DNA of 64,000 nt, taken from NCBI RefSeq assembly GCF_006345805.1, contig NC_042998.1, forward strand, positions 9,424,001 through 9,488,000, given 5' to 3'. Positions 13,605 to 26,681 of this stretch are shown here, in pieces. Each line of letters opens with the position of its first letter. The first letter of the stretch is position 1. Made by a program: the position numbers and the translations under genes. This DNA is from Octopus sinensis. Its lineage: Eukaryota. The notes beneath the pieces are model-generated. The model was not told the origin of the DNA, made no database searches, and saw only the letters and a list, made by a program, of their open reading frames with translations.

Positions 13605-16600
13605 CTCCTCCAATCTCTACCCCACCCCCATATCCATAAATAGAAACTCTAAAAGTGGTATTTAGGCGTTGGAGAGCTTGTGATGGTCAGCTGCATAATT
13701 TATTTTTGTTACAGCAAGGCAAACTTAATAAAAATATTTACTTATCTGAGGTATTTAACTGTTTATATTATTCCCCGAGTACTTATCTATTGACAATAGC
13801 CATGGAATTTGCCTTTTTATATATTTAAATAATGCATATGAGACACAATTAAGTATTGTTAATTACAGATACTTACAAATACTTATATATATACATATAT
13901 ATATATAAAATGTTTTTATCATAATCATCATTCAATGTCTGTAGGATTTCTTTTCTCTTTTTTAAGCAATTGTATTACTGCTGAGCACTCTTGCTGTTGT
14001 TAATCATTTATTTGATGATGTAGGAGTGTTGCCTGTTTTACTAGCATTGTAAATTGGTCAACTAAATTAATCCAAGTAGATAGTAGACAAAATATTCCTC
14101 TAGGGCAGTGGTTTTCAACCAGGGTTCCGCCAGTACAGTCCAGGGGTTCCGCAAGAAGTTACAAAACTGCTAAAATCGGCAGTAATTTTTTAATTCTCCT
14201 GTGCAGATATGTGTGCATAAGACTATTAAATTATTGCACAGGGGTTCCTCGAGCCAGTGGAATGTTTCTTTGGGGGTTCCGCTCCAGCAAAAAGGTTGAA
14301 AAGCACTGCTCTAGAGGTAGGATGCAAATCCAAAGTAAGCAAGCAAAACAACTCAAGTAAAATCAGTTAACTAGAACTTTTGTGCAATAAATACAATAGA
14401 CCTGGAGTTTAAAAGCCATATACAGGTTTTCTCATTGTAATGCTTTTTTTGTGTATATGCATAAATGTAATTGTTTCTCCCAAATAAATTACATTCACAT
14501 TTGAAGCTCTGAAGCTATAAGGTGTTATTGAGGCACTCCACTATAAGTGCACTGCATATTGTAGCAGAAACAGCTGTAAGCTAATGAAGTTCACAAGATA
14601 GTTGTTTATTCCTTTGTCCTCTCATTTTTTATTACTGCTCTGTACTCTACTAACACTTCGTTCAGAAACAGTGTATATTGAGTTCTACATCAGGTTATTA
14701 GCATTGCAATGCCTTAGCAAAGTGTGTGTGTTTTAAGAAGGGCTTCCATCGTAGAAAACATTGCCAATGGAGATATTGAGGCATGATGCAGTAGTTGGAC
14801 CCATTAGATCCTGTCAAACCATCCAACACATGCAAACATGGACATTAAATGATGATATATATGTAGATGCAGTATGGCCAAATGGTTAAGAATTTTGCTT
14901 TGCATCCAAGAGGTCTCGGGTTTGATTCCACTTTGACACATTGAGCAAATCTGTCTACAGCTTTGAGCTAATCCATAACTTGTGAATGAAATTGGATAGG
15001 CAGAAACTGTATTCAAGCCTACCAGCTCAATTCATCATCATCATCATCATCGTTTAACGTCCGCTTTCCATGCTAGCATGGGTTGGACGGTTCAACTGGG
15101 GTCTGGCAAGCCCGAAGGCTGCACCAGACCAGTCAGATCTGGCAGTGTTTCTACAGCTGGATGCCCTTCCTAACGCCAACCACTCCGAGAGTGTAGTGGG
15201 TGATTTTATGTGCCACCGATACAGGTGCCAGACGAGGCTGGCAGACGGCCACGCTCGGTTGGTGTTTTTTATGTGTCACCGACACAGGTGCCAGACGAGG
15301 CTGGCGGACGGCCACGCTCGGATGGTGTTTGTTACGTGCCCTCAGCACGGAGGCCAGTCGTTGCGGTACTGGCTACGGTCAGATTGTACCTGTTATTCAA
15401 AAGGTACATCTTTACCACACTCTGTGTCATGTTTCTTCTTCTTGTGAATTACATTAAGAGTACATGTGTTTGTGGAAGGTTCAGCCCCTTCACATTAATT
15501 CAGTAGTAGTTATTCAGCTGATTTGGACAACTGAAGTACCATTATCAAATAATGGAGATCTTCTATGTTTGTCTATGTGTGTAGATAGCTTGGCAAGAGG
15601 GGAACATAGGGACATTTGATATAGCTACAAACAATATGAGGGGAATGTTTTGCATATTAAATGCGAAATATAACAGGGTCTTGGATGTTATGTAGTAACT
15701 TGTCCTTCATAATGATGAATTAACTTAGGACTACATCATCATCATGGTTTAACATGTCTTTCATGTGACTTGAGTTGGATGCTCCAGCATGATCTGATGA
15801 CACACAGGACTGCATTGGGCATGGTTTTTATGGCTTGATGTCTTTTCTATCACCAACCACTTTACAGTGTGTATTTGATGCATCTTTTCATGGCACCAAC
15901 TCTTGGATGATTATATTGTCCTTGGCAAAACTAAAGCGTCTCCCCTAGCACTGAAGAGTTATCTCCAATACCAGAGTGTTACCTTGTAGATAGAAATGAA
16001 AGGGGACCCAAACTGGGGGGTGATAGAGAACAAAGAGGAAGTGAGACAGTTTCACGAGGATGGTTTGTTAGAAAATTCAATAGAAATAGCATGAGCTGCA
16101 TGGTGGCCATAAGAAGGAGATATGGTGATAGGATCGGAGTACTAGAAGTGAGTACTTGGAAGGAGAGAGCGATGTCAGTGAATGGTAGGGGCAGGAGTAA
16201 TTTGAGGAGTGATGGATAGCAGTGAAGATGGGTGTTGGTAAAATTGATGGGTTTCAGTGAGTGACAGGGAAAAGAAGGATCAGAGAGAAAGAAAGATGAC
16301 AAGCAATGAGGATGAGGTAATAAGTGGGGAAGCTGAATGAATACCGACAGATCCAGTGTGAGGCCATCCTTGATGACATAGGTGATTGTAGATAGTGACA
16401 GTAGAAGGGCACATTGATGGGAAAGGGGGTGAGTGGTAGATGAGAGTAACAGGAAGAGGAAGAGAGCAGTGCATGGAGACTTAATGGTTGGGAGTGACCC
16501 CAAGTGTAGATTCTCTACATCCCAGTCTACATTACCTTTACCATAATTTTTTTACATTTGTTTTACTTTGCTTACATAGGTTGGCTGAGATCTCTGTAAC

Positions 16601-18151
16601 CTAGCACTTTACCACAAGTTGCAGCTCTGTTTATGTTCCATATCTTACTTGGCCTCCTTCATCCTCAGATTCCACCCGCTTCGGCAACTGTCATCTTCCA
16701 TATTCATTACATGTAATCGTTATTAGTTTTAGTAATTTGAGATACCAAAAAGAACATAACACCTTTTGTTTGTGTTTTCTAAACGAATACTTTTCTCTGT
16801 GTGTGTGTGTATGTATATATATATATATATATATATATGTATTTAAATTAATTTTTTAATTTAAATACATATATATATATATATACATACACACACACAC
16901 AGAGAAAAGTATTCATAGGCGCAGGAGTGGCTGTGTGGTAAGTAGCTTGCTAACCAACCACATGGTTCCGGGTTCAGTCCCACTGCGTGGCATCTTGGGC
17001 AAGTGTCTTCTGCTATAGCCCCGGGCCGACCAATGCCTTGTAAGTGGATTTGGTAGACGGAAACTGAAAGAAGCCTGTCGTATATATGTATATATATATG
17101 TGGGTGTGTGTGTGTGTGTGTATGTTTGTGTGTCTGTGTTTGTCCCCCCAGCATTGCTTGACAGCCGATGCTGGTGTGTTTACGTCCCCGTCACTTAGCG
17201 GTTCGGCAAAAGAGACCGATAGAATAAGTACTGGGCTTACAAAGAATAAGTCCCGGGGCCGATTTGCTCGACTAAAGGTGGTGCTCCAGCATGGCCGCAG
17301 TCAAATGACTGAAACAAATAAAAGAGTAAAAGAGATATATACATACATACATACATACATACTCACTCACTCGCTCGGGCATTTTTCTATGAGCAATAGT
17401 ATCATCAGTATCAGATTTAATTGTAGGCTTGACAGGCTGAAACATAGGTCATCAAAATCTAGAGGGGCCTCATGCCAAGATATCTAAGACTTTTGACAGT
17501 GTCATAAATCATTTGGGAGGAGCCCCACAAGTGGAATAGCCTAAAGCCTCTCTTCATCTAAATTCAGTGCTGTGAATCATTAGTTATAAATTTCCAGTGA
17601 ATCCGTAAATGGTTCATAAGACCTAATGGCCAGAGTAACAAGACAGCTTCTGTGCAACTTGGGCAAATAAATAACACAAGGTATTTTTGTTTGCATCAGT
17701 ACATTGTGTGCATTTTCATTGTATATATGTAGGATTTTATTTCCTTTTGCTGCTATACACATATACAGCAAGCGTCCATCTTCCACAAGGCATTGAGCAA
17801 CCCAAAACACAATAGTTGAAGACCCTTTCCAAGATTCCATTTAGCAGGATCAAACCAAGAATGCAAATTTTAAATCTCACTGCCATTAATAGATGAAGCT
17901 AGAGTAACAGATTTTTGGCAATTAGATAGGTTTTGGAGGTGAGTGTAGTAGTGTATAATAGTAATAAGCCCCTTTAAGATGGTCATCATAAGTGTTATCT
18001 GAAAAGGTGTTGTAACGAATTTATTGTGTGTGGAAACAGATGTTTATACTTTTCATACTTAGTTTTCTGGTAAGCATCTAAAAACATTTACTCGTGCATG
18101 ATAATTATCTCATAGCAGCTGCATAAAAAAAATTATCTATTAAAATATAAT

Positions 18152-18188
<37 letters not shown>

Positions 18189-18638
18189 GAGAGAGAAAAT
18201 ATATACAATGTGTTAGCTCTTAGAAGATTTGTATCTACAACATAATATAGCTGACAAAATATAGTAAACTAGATATGCAGTTTTCTTACATGTTAATCAA
18301 CTTTCTAAGTAAATCTGACTCTAAGGTATATATACAATTCAGCATGTCTAATATAATATCTGAGAATTAGTCATCAGGCACTGACTGCTGCTGTTTGTTA
18401 TAGCATATCTTGAATAAATGTTTAATTAAAATCAATATTTCATGGAATATTTTCGACACTTCTTGGATAGTTTTTTGGGTTTTTTTTTCCTTTTTGTGAC
18501 AAAATGGTGAATATTTTTATCTTTTAAATCTCTATCGTCTGTCCATTGTGTAAATAAATAAAATGCAAAATATGTAAGAGAATGTTGAAGCTTTTCATGA
18601 AATCCTGTCTTGGCAGTCATCAGATATTTTCAGTTGAT

Positions 18639-18690
<52 letters not shown>

Positions 18691-19443
18691 AAGCACGCAT
18701 ATGCAAAAGGTACACTGTATATAGCATGGAATGAGTTACTGCATAGCAGAGACATTGCATTCAATGCAGAATGATGTCTGCTAAGAAAACATAGACAGCA
18801 ATAATCTTTTTGATGTGATTTTTAACATCTTGTGTGAAAGTCAAATTGAGCTGGACAAGCAGCTGGTCGTTAAAAGACATCAATTATTTGTGAAAGAGAA
18901 GCTGTGGACATGTGTCCTAAATTGCTATTGATTTGGTCAAAGTGTAAGAGGAAATGAAATCTTAGGATGATAGGCTGAACAGATAAAAGGAAACATCAAA
19001 GTTTTTTTTGTTTTGTTTTGATGGTGGATCTACCCAACCTTTTCTGGCATGGCAAAATACTTTCTTAATAGTTTGGCTGGAGGAAGAATGGCAGTTCTCA
19101 TGGCCGCTTTCTGTTTAGATCCTACAAGACTGTTGAGAGGAAGAGATCAGAAACCTGGACTCTGAATATCTTGCAACAGAGTGAACTCCCCTAAAGATAC
19201 CCAAGGGCCAGCCGGGCGAAATGCGTAGCCGTATTTCGTCTGTCATTACGTTCTGAGTTCAAATTCCGCCAATTCATCCTTTCGGGGTCGATAAATTAAG
19301 TACCAGTTACGCACTGGGGTCGATATAATCGACTTAATACCTATGTCTGTCCGTGTTTGTCCCCTCTATGTTTAGCCTCTTGTGGTTAATAAAGAAATAG
19401 GTATTAAACCAGGCAAAAGATTGTCATATAACACACAAAAAAC

Positions 19444-19510
<67 letters not shown>

Positions 19511-22500
19511 ATCCTCAGCTGGGTTTGCATTCAGAATCTATGTTTAATATATCTGCTGTTTAGTAAATAACATCAGACCTTTTAGGTCTGGGATTTCAAA
19601 ATCAGTTAAAACATATTTAGGAACTGTTACTTCTGCTGACAATAAAGAGATTCTCTTTGGTGCCGGGATGGTAAATTGTATGATGTTTGTGTTGGAAGTG
19701 CAATATTGCATGACAGTAATGCATGGCATTGAATGTGGAGTATGTAATGTTAGTATGAATGGATGTAGATCACAAATGAATTGATTAATAAAAAGAAAAG
19801 CTGGGTGTAAGAAGTTGTGTTGTGAGATGAGGGGGGGAAAAACTCAAAATAAGTTGCAGTAGTTGTGTGCAAGAGAAGAGTTTTTGTAGTTGTGTGCTGG
19901 TTTGGACAAGTGGTGTGTATGGAGGATGGTTTTGGAGCAAAACAAAGTGCTTAATGATCCAAGAGAAACAAACCTGCAGAATTGGTAGACTAATGAAGAC
20001 ACAGGGACAAAAAGGGATCAGGGCTAAACTTAGGATTGAACCACCGAAAAGAGATGACTAGAGACTGCAATAAGTGGTGAGACTGTAATGGAGAAAACTT
20101 TTGTTCATTCATGCATGGACAAACCAACTATAAAATGATGATTTGGGACCATTATTAGAGAATATATCATTAGAAATGTGGATTAGTTAGAAAAAAACAA
20201 TGTGTAGAGTAAGTCTGGAAAACTAAAACTTTTAGTAATTTCAGAGATGTAAAATGCAATTTTAATTATTGTTCTGTTGTTTAATTCTAATCAACCCTTT
20301 AACATTTAAACTGGCCATAGCCAACCTGAAATATCCTACCGGTTTTATGTGCAATCTGACTAGGTCTGGCCTCTCACCCCTATCTTACATGTCACTCTAA
20401 AAATAGACAATCACATCATCGAAATCTCGAAGCCACGAGATAATGCATGATTAATTCAAAACAATGTGAATAAATAAGCATTGCGTTTGACAAAGTAAAC
20501 TGGGTATTAAAGGGTTAAACTATATTATTTTTTTGTTTCAGTTCATTGATCCTAACAGTACATATGAGGCAGATGTCTATGATGAACTCTTAACTCAAGC
20601 TGAGATTCAAGGATATATAAACCAAGTCAATGGTGAGTCAACAATTCTTATATTCACTCTGGAAATGCACTAAGTTTAATTTCTTTAATTTCTTTCTAAA
20701 ATATTAATGTAACATGTACAAAAATAAAATGCATCAGAGTGAAAGATTCTATATAAACACTAGCAGTATCGCCCGGCGTTGCTCGGGTTTGTAAAGGAAA
20801 TAACTATATAAGCATTTTTAGAGATGTAAAGTATAATAGCCATCTCAATATGGCTAACCACAAATGGGGGGGGGGTGTTACTGTAGCTTTTTACGTTCTG
20901 AGATTTAATAATACATTTTTAGAGAGTTACTTCCCTTATATATGCCAAAAATGCATTAAAAATGGGAAAAATTCATGGTAAATTTTTTTTTTTACATCAT
21001 AGACTCATCGTAGACGCGCGCTAATACCCAGAAGGGCTCGATATGAATCACGACTATAAGATACCCGCTTTTGGTTAAACTGCACCGCAAAATGTGGGAG
21101 TAGTTAGGAATCTAAATCGTAGGAGACAGACAGCACACAACTTGACTTTTATATATAAAGATATTCCATTATAAAATTATCATAATTCATACAGATTAAG
21201 TTTGGTTGATTGAAGTTTCAAACTTCATGAAGTAACTGTCATTTAGTACTTTTCAAAGTAATTCCAAAGCTTTAATACTCAAGAATTCCTTTATTTCTTG
21301 CTCTTAATAACATTTACACACAATCAAGTTTCAGTTATCAGTTAAGTAGATACTATGAAAGGAAATAAGAGAAATTGACACAATCATTATTGATCATAGT
21401 GATTTAAGCTAATTTCTATATCCATTTTTTTTTTTCTTGTATGTTGAAGTTAAAACTGTTCAGCATATGACTAGAACATGAGCTGTTGAGCAGACGAAGA
21501 ATTATAGTATTAAGGATTTCGTTTATTTGTTTATATTAGAAAATTTAAACAAAATGTATAATTCCCGATTTGTTCTTTGATATTTTTCAGTTTACACATC
21601 ATTGTCTTGGGTCAATGATGCTCTTCAGAAAATGGATCGTGATTCTTTGATTAATGCTCTTACATCAGGTTTTCTATCATTGAAGAATGTAAACCTCAAC
21701 AACATTGACTTCTATATGAAATGTCTGCAGGACACACTTGAACTGAAAAAGGTAAAGATTTATTTCAGTAGTTTCATGTAAACAGTCTCAAATTAAATCT
21801 GCTATTAACCCTTTTAATGCAGAAAAGTTTTATATATCAGTCTATCTTTTGTTGAAAACATTATGTTTGTAACTATTTTCTGTTTGAAATATATCAAATT
21901 TATTGAAGCAATGTCACTTGCAGAATATGTTTTGGTTGATATTTAGCATCATTACTGAAATAATCATGAAATTTAATTTCACAGTGAAAGAGTTATTAGT
22001 AGTAATAACATCTAAGTACTGATGGTAGTTTTATATGGGTAGACCAGCTCTCAACATTATTCATTATGATAAAGTACTATAATGATAAATTGGAAAGCAA
22101 AGCAATATTTTACTCTCTGGTCTATTCTGTAGAATACTTAAATTATTTCTTAGTTAAATAATGGTAGAACCTATAAAAATAATAGTAGCATTTTGATTTA
22201 ATTAGGTGAAATTTGTATGGTCAATGCTTAATTTAGTTATTAGTTGGTATTTCATGGAAAGAAAAAAAACTGATATTGTATCTGTTTTCAGCCTTATTAG
22301 TAAGGGTTCTTGCTTATAAAGTAAAACAATTTTGTCTTCAATCTTTAGTTGTACCATTACATGGAAATGTTCATTAAAGTTTCACATAAAGATAGGTTAA
22401 GAAGTGTGGCGGAAGGTTTGATAAATGCAAAACAAATTGCAAAAGTTTACTTTTAATCAATATTCCTTCTAGTTTTTCCCTGCCAGAGAGAGAGAGCAAC

Positions 22501-25500
22501 TTTTGATGCTTTGAGCCAAAACATATTAAATTCAAAGGTAGTGCATAGCGTTCAAACTTTCAGGCAGCTTATGAAACACGTTTGTGAAGTATGAGTGGTT
22601 ACATTTTGATGTGTACCACACTATTACAACAATTGTGCAGCCATGCACCCTACCAGCTTCGAAGGAATGTCTATGATAGTGATTAGTTATTGCTTTATTG
22701 TGTTATCATTGAATATATATAAGGTCAACTTTGCCTTTCATCCCTTTTGGGGTCGATAAATAAAGTACCAGTTGCGTACTGGGGTCGATATAATCGACTT
22801 AATCCCTTTGTCTGTCTTTGTTTGTCCCCTCTACGTTTAGCCCCTTGTGGGTAATAAAGAAATATATATATGATAGGTTTTAGAATTTGAAATTTTACGT
22901 GTGAGGTATTTAGCTCTGTTACTGCAGGTTTCTTACTTATTAATACCAACAAGTCTTTAAAAGTATTTCATAAAATATAAAACAAGTATTAACTTTTAGA
23001 ACCACTTTCACATGCTTGTAAAGTGTGGTATAGTCTATTTGCTGAAGCAATTGTTTTTCCTGCTAGATGCTCTTTTTATTTAAAATCATTCAGCTTGACT
23101 GACTTCCGTGCCGGTGGCAAATAAAAAGCACCAACCAGCCTCACTTGGCACGTAAAAAGTACCTACTACACTCATGGAATGGTTGGCATTAGGAAGGGCA
23201 TCCAGCTGTAGAAACACTGCCAGATCAGACTGGAGCCTGGTGCAACCTTCTGGCTTTCCAGACCCCGGTCAACCCGTGCTAGCATGGAAAACGGACGTTA
23301 AACGATGATGATGATGATTCATCTGCTATGTACAGAAGGTGGAGCTTATTTACTGCTCAAACAATAAAGCTAGCAAAATCAGTTAGATGCCTGCAATATG
23401 ATGACAGTAATAAAAGTTCAATTTCTAACATGTTACTAATACATTACTTAGCCTTACATGGTGCTTCATTCATTTTTAATTTTTATTAAGGTTAAAAACA
23501 AAATTTTTATCTTTGCCAGCCAGCCTCGCCTGGCCCCCATGCCGGTGGCACGTAAAAAGCACCATCCGATCGTGGCCGTTGCCAGCCTCACCTGGCCCCC
23601 GTGCCGGTGGCACGTAAAAAGCACCATCCGATCGTGGCCATTGCCAGCCTCGCCTGGCCCCCGTGCCGGTGGCACGTAAAAAGCACCATCCATCCGTGGC
23701 CGTTTGCCAGCTCCGTCTGGCACCTGTGCGGGTGGCACGTAAAAAGCACCCACTACACTCACGGAGTGGTTGGCGTTAGGAAGGGCATCCAGCCGTAGAA
23801 GCACTGCCAGATCAGACTGGGCCTGATGCAGCCTTCTGGCTTCACAGACCCCAGTTGAACCGTCCAACTCATGCCAGCATGGAAAGCAGACGCTAAATGA
23901 TGATGATGATGATGATGATGATTAAGGTTTAAAAATTTTTTTAAATTTTTATTAAGGTTAAAAAAAAATGACTTGGTAGAGATCATTCACTGTATAAATT
24001 AACGATATAGCTTATTTAGAATACTGGGACTGTAAAAGAATTATATCTGTACTCCCTTCAATGCAGATGTGAATACTGATGTAATGGATATGATCTGAAA
24101 AGTAATTACACTGCAAATTGCATCCTAATGATGTTGAAATGCATTTAAGATTTTCGATAGCTAAAATATTACAGCACTCAATATCCATAAAGCCAGAAGA
24201 AAAAAAATTCTTCACAATCTAAACTGCTTTTGTTAGGAAAAAACTTTAATAGGTGGAAAATTCCCACCTCATTTCCCCCCTCCCCTTCACACACACACAC
24301 ACCAAAAAAAAAACCCTTTCAATGGGTAAAGATATTGATCTTCAAGGATTTTTACACGTGACTGAACTGCTGCTAGCTGCAACTCTTGTATTATCTCAAC
24401 TTATAAAATCTATCCTTTACATTTTTCTTGACAACTGTTTTTTTACCTTGGTGATATATTTTATTTGCACAGAACAATAATGGTGGAGATGTTTTCTTAG
24501 ATAAAGATGAAGTTCAAGCAGCAATCAATCTTGCAAACCAGGAAGCAGACGTAGAATATCAGAGTATGGGATCTTTTTCTTTTTATTTTATGCATTTTGG
24601 AATAGATTGTTAAATATTTACACAAAACTTGTTCTAATAGATTTATATTTCTTTCGGGAAAATCTTATAATTCTTCATTCATTCATTCAATTACAGTTCT
24701 CTCAGGAACCAGTTCCGATCCTTATCAATGCTTTAATCTATCTCTTAACACAAGGATATATGCAACTACATGGCTTTCACTTCTTTCACCCACCAACTTC
24801 CAATAGCCCAAAGATGTTGAATCAGTCATAACAATCATCTTTGGTTTCCCTCCACTCCCAGTGGCCATCTGTATGGTTATGGTTACTCAGATCTACCAAA
24901 TACTTACCCACTGATACACACACCTCTTCTACTTGCCCTACTGCATCTCACAAGCAGCAATACCCAAAGTAAACCTATTGCCCAATTATTCCTCCAGAAA
25001 TTCCATACCTATTCATCTTATGGGGCAGAATCCAGTATTTAGGCACATTGCTACTTTTCTTTAAACATGTATATAATATCATTTTCCAAATGTATCTAAA
25101 TATCAATGATTTCCATTTTAAATATTTTTTTGTTCTTGGAATAATTTTAATAAATTCTTTCATTCTTTCTTTCCTCTTCTTTCTTTCCCTCATCATTATC
25201 GTTTAACGTCCACTTTCCATGCTGCACCTGGCTCCAATCTGATCTGGCAGAGTTTCTACAGCTGGATGCCCTTCCTAATGCCAACCACTCCAAGAGTGTA
25301 GTGGGTGCTTTTACGTGCCGCCGGCACGAGTACCAGTCAGGCGGTACTGGCAATGGCCAAGCTCAAATGGTGTTTTTTACGTGCCACCTGCACAGGAGCC
25401 AGTCCAGTGGCACTGGCAACGACCCCGCTCGAATGGTGCTTTTTATGTGCCACCAGCACAGAAGCCAGTTAGCTGCTCTGGCAACAATCACGCTCGGATG

Positions 25501-26638
25501 GTGCTCTTAGCGCTCCACTAGCGCAGATGCCAGTCATCAAATTTGATTTGATTTCAATTTCTTTCTCTGTATATATATATATGTTGTTACTGTCATAAAA
25601 TTTAAGCCACATTTTGTGTGTACTTCCTAACCACATGGTTTTGGGTTCATTTCCTTGTGTAACACCTTCAGCAGGTGTCTTCCACTCTCGCCTTGGACTG
25701 ACCTGTCTTATGGGTGGATTTTAATTGATGGAAACAAAGAAGCTCATTATGTACATATATACTTAAAAGTGTCAGAATTATAATGTGGTTTCAATTCCTG
25801 TACCAGATAGCGTGTTGTATCCTTGAGCAAGGGCACTGCATTCATGTTGATGCAGTCTACTCATTTGAAAACGAGTACCAGCCAAGTGCTGACGCAGCTT
25901 TCTCTCCTGTTACATCCTGAATGTGCTGCTGGGTCAAAGGGTTGAAAAATCATGAGGGTGTCTGCCTGCTCACATTAGACGGGTACCTTAAGCAAATAGC
26001 AAAAGCATGTTACAGGTTACCAAACCATAATTGTTCATGAGTGACAGCTGGCTCTCTTTGTGTGTGTGTGTTTAACATTTGCTCTTCTCTGAAAGTCAAT
26101 GAGCCTCAAGCAGTGACATTATTGCAAAACAAACTCCCTGTCAACAAATCATCTGCTGGCTTTGAATCTTTGGAGATGTGTGCAATAAGAGATCCATTTC
26201 AAAGGGTTAGCAACAGCAAGAGCATCAGGTGGTAAAACAGTTCCTCAATATGTATACTCTTTACTCTTTTACTTGTTTCAGTTATTTGACTGCGGCCATA
26301 CTGGAGCACCAGCTTTAATCGAGCAACTCGACCCCGGGACTTATTCTTTTCTAAGCCCAGTACTTATTCTATCGGTCTCTTTTGCCGAACCGCTAAGTAA
26401 TGGGGACGTAAACACACCAGCATCGGTTGTCAAGCAATGCTAGGTGGACAAACACAGACACACAAACACACACACGCATGGAGTGGCTGTGTGGTAAGTA
26501 GCTTGCTAACCAACCACATGGTTCCGGGTTCAGTCCCACTGCGTGGCATCTTGGGCAAGTGTCCTCTGCTATAGCCCCGGGCCGACCAATGCCTTGTGAG
26601 TGGATTTGGTAGACGGAAACTGAAAGAAGCCTGTCGTA

Positions 26639-26681
<43 letters not shown>

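Noticed and set aside
15979-16503. 174-aa minus-strand ORF
   Set aside because: Leu/Ser/Pro/His-rich product of a purine/pyrimidine-skewed stretch; no recognisable domain or splice context
23519-23760. Regular ~62-bp repeats resembling a CRISPR array
   Set aside because: There are no unique spacers, the units are internal to a dispersed retroelement, the context is eukaryotic and there are no cas genes
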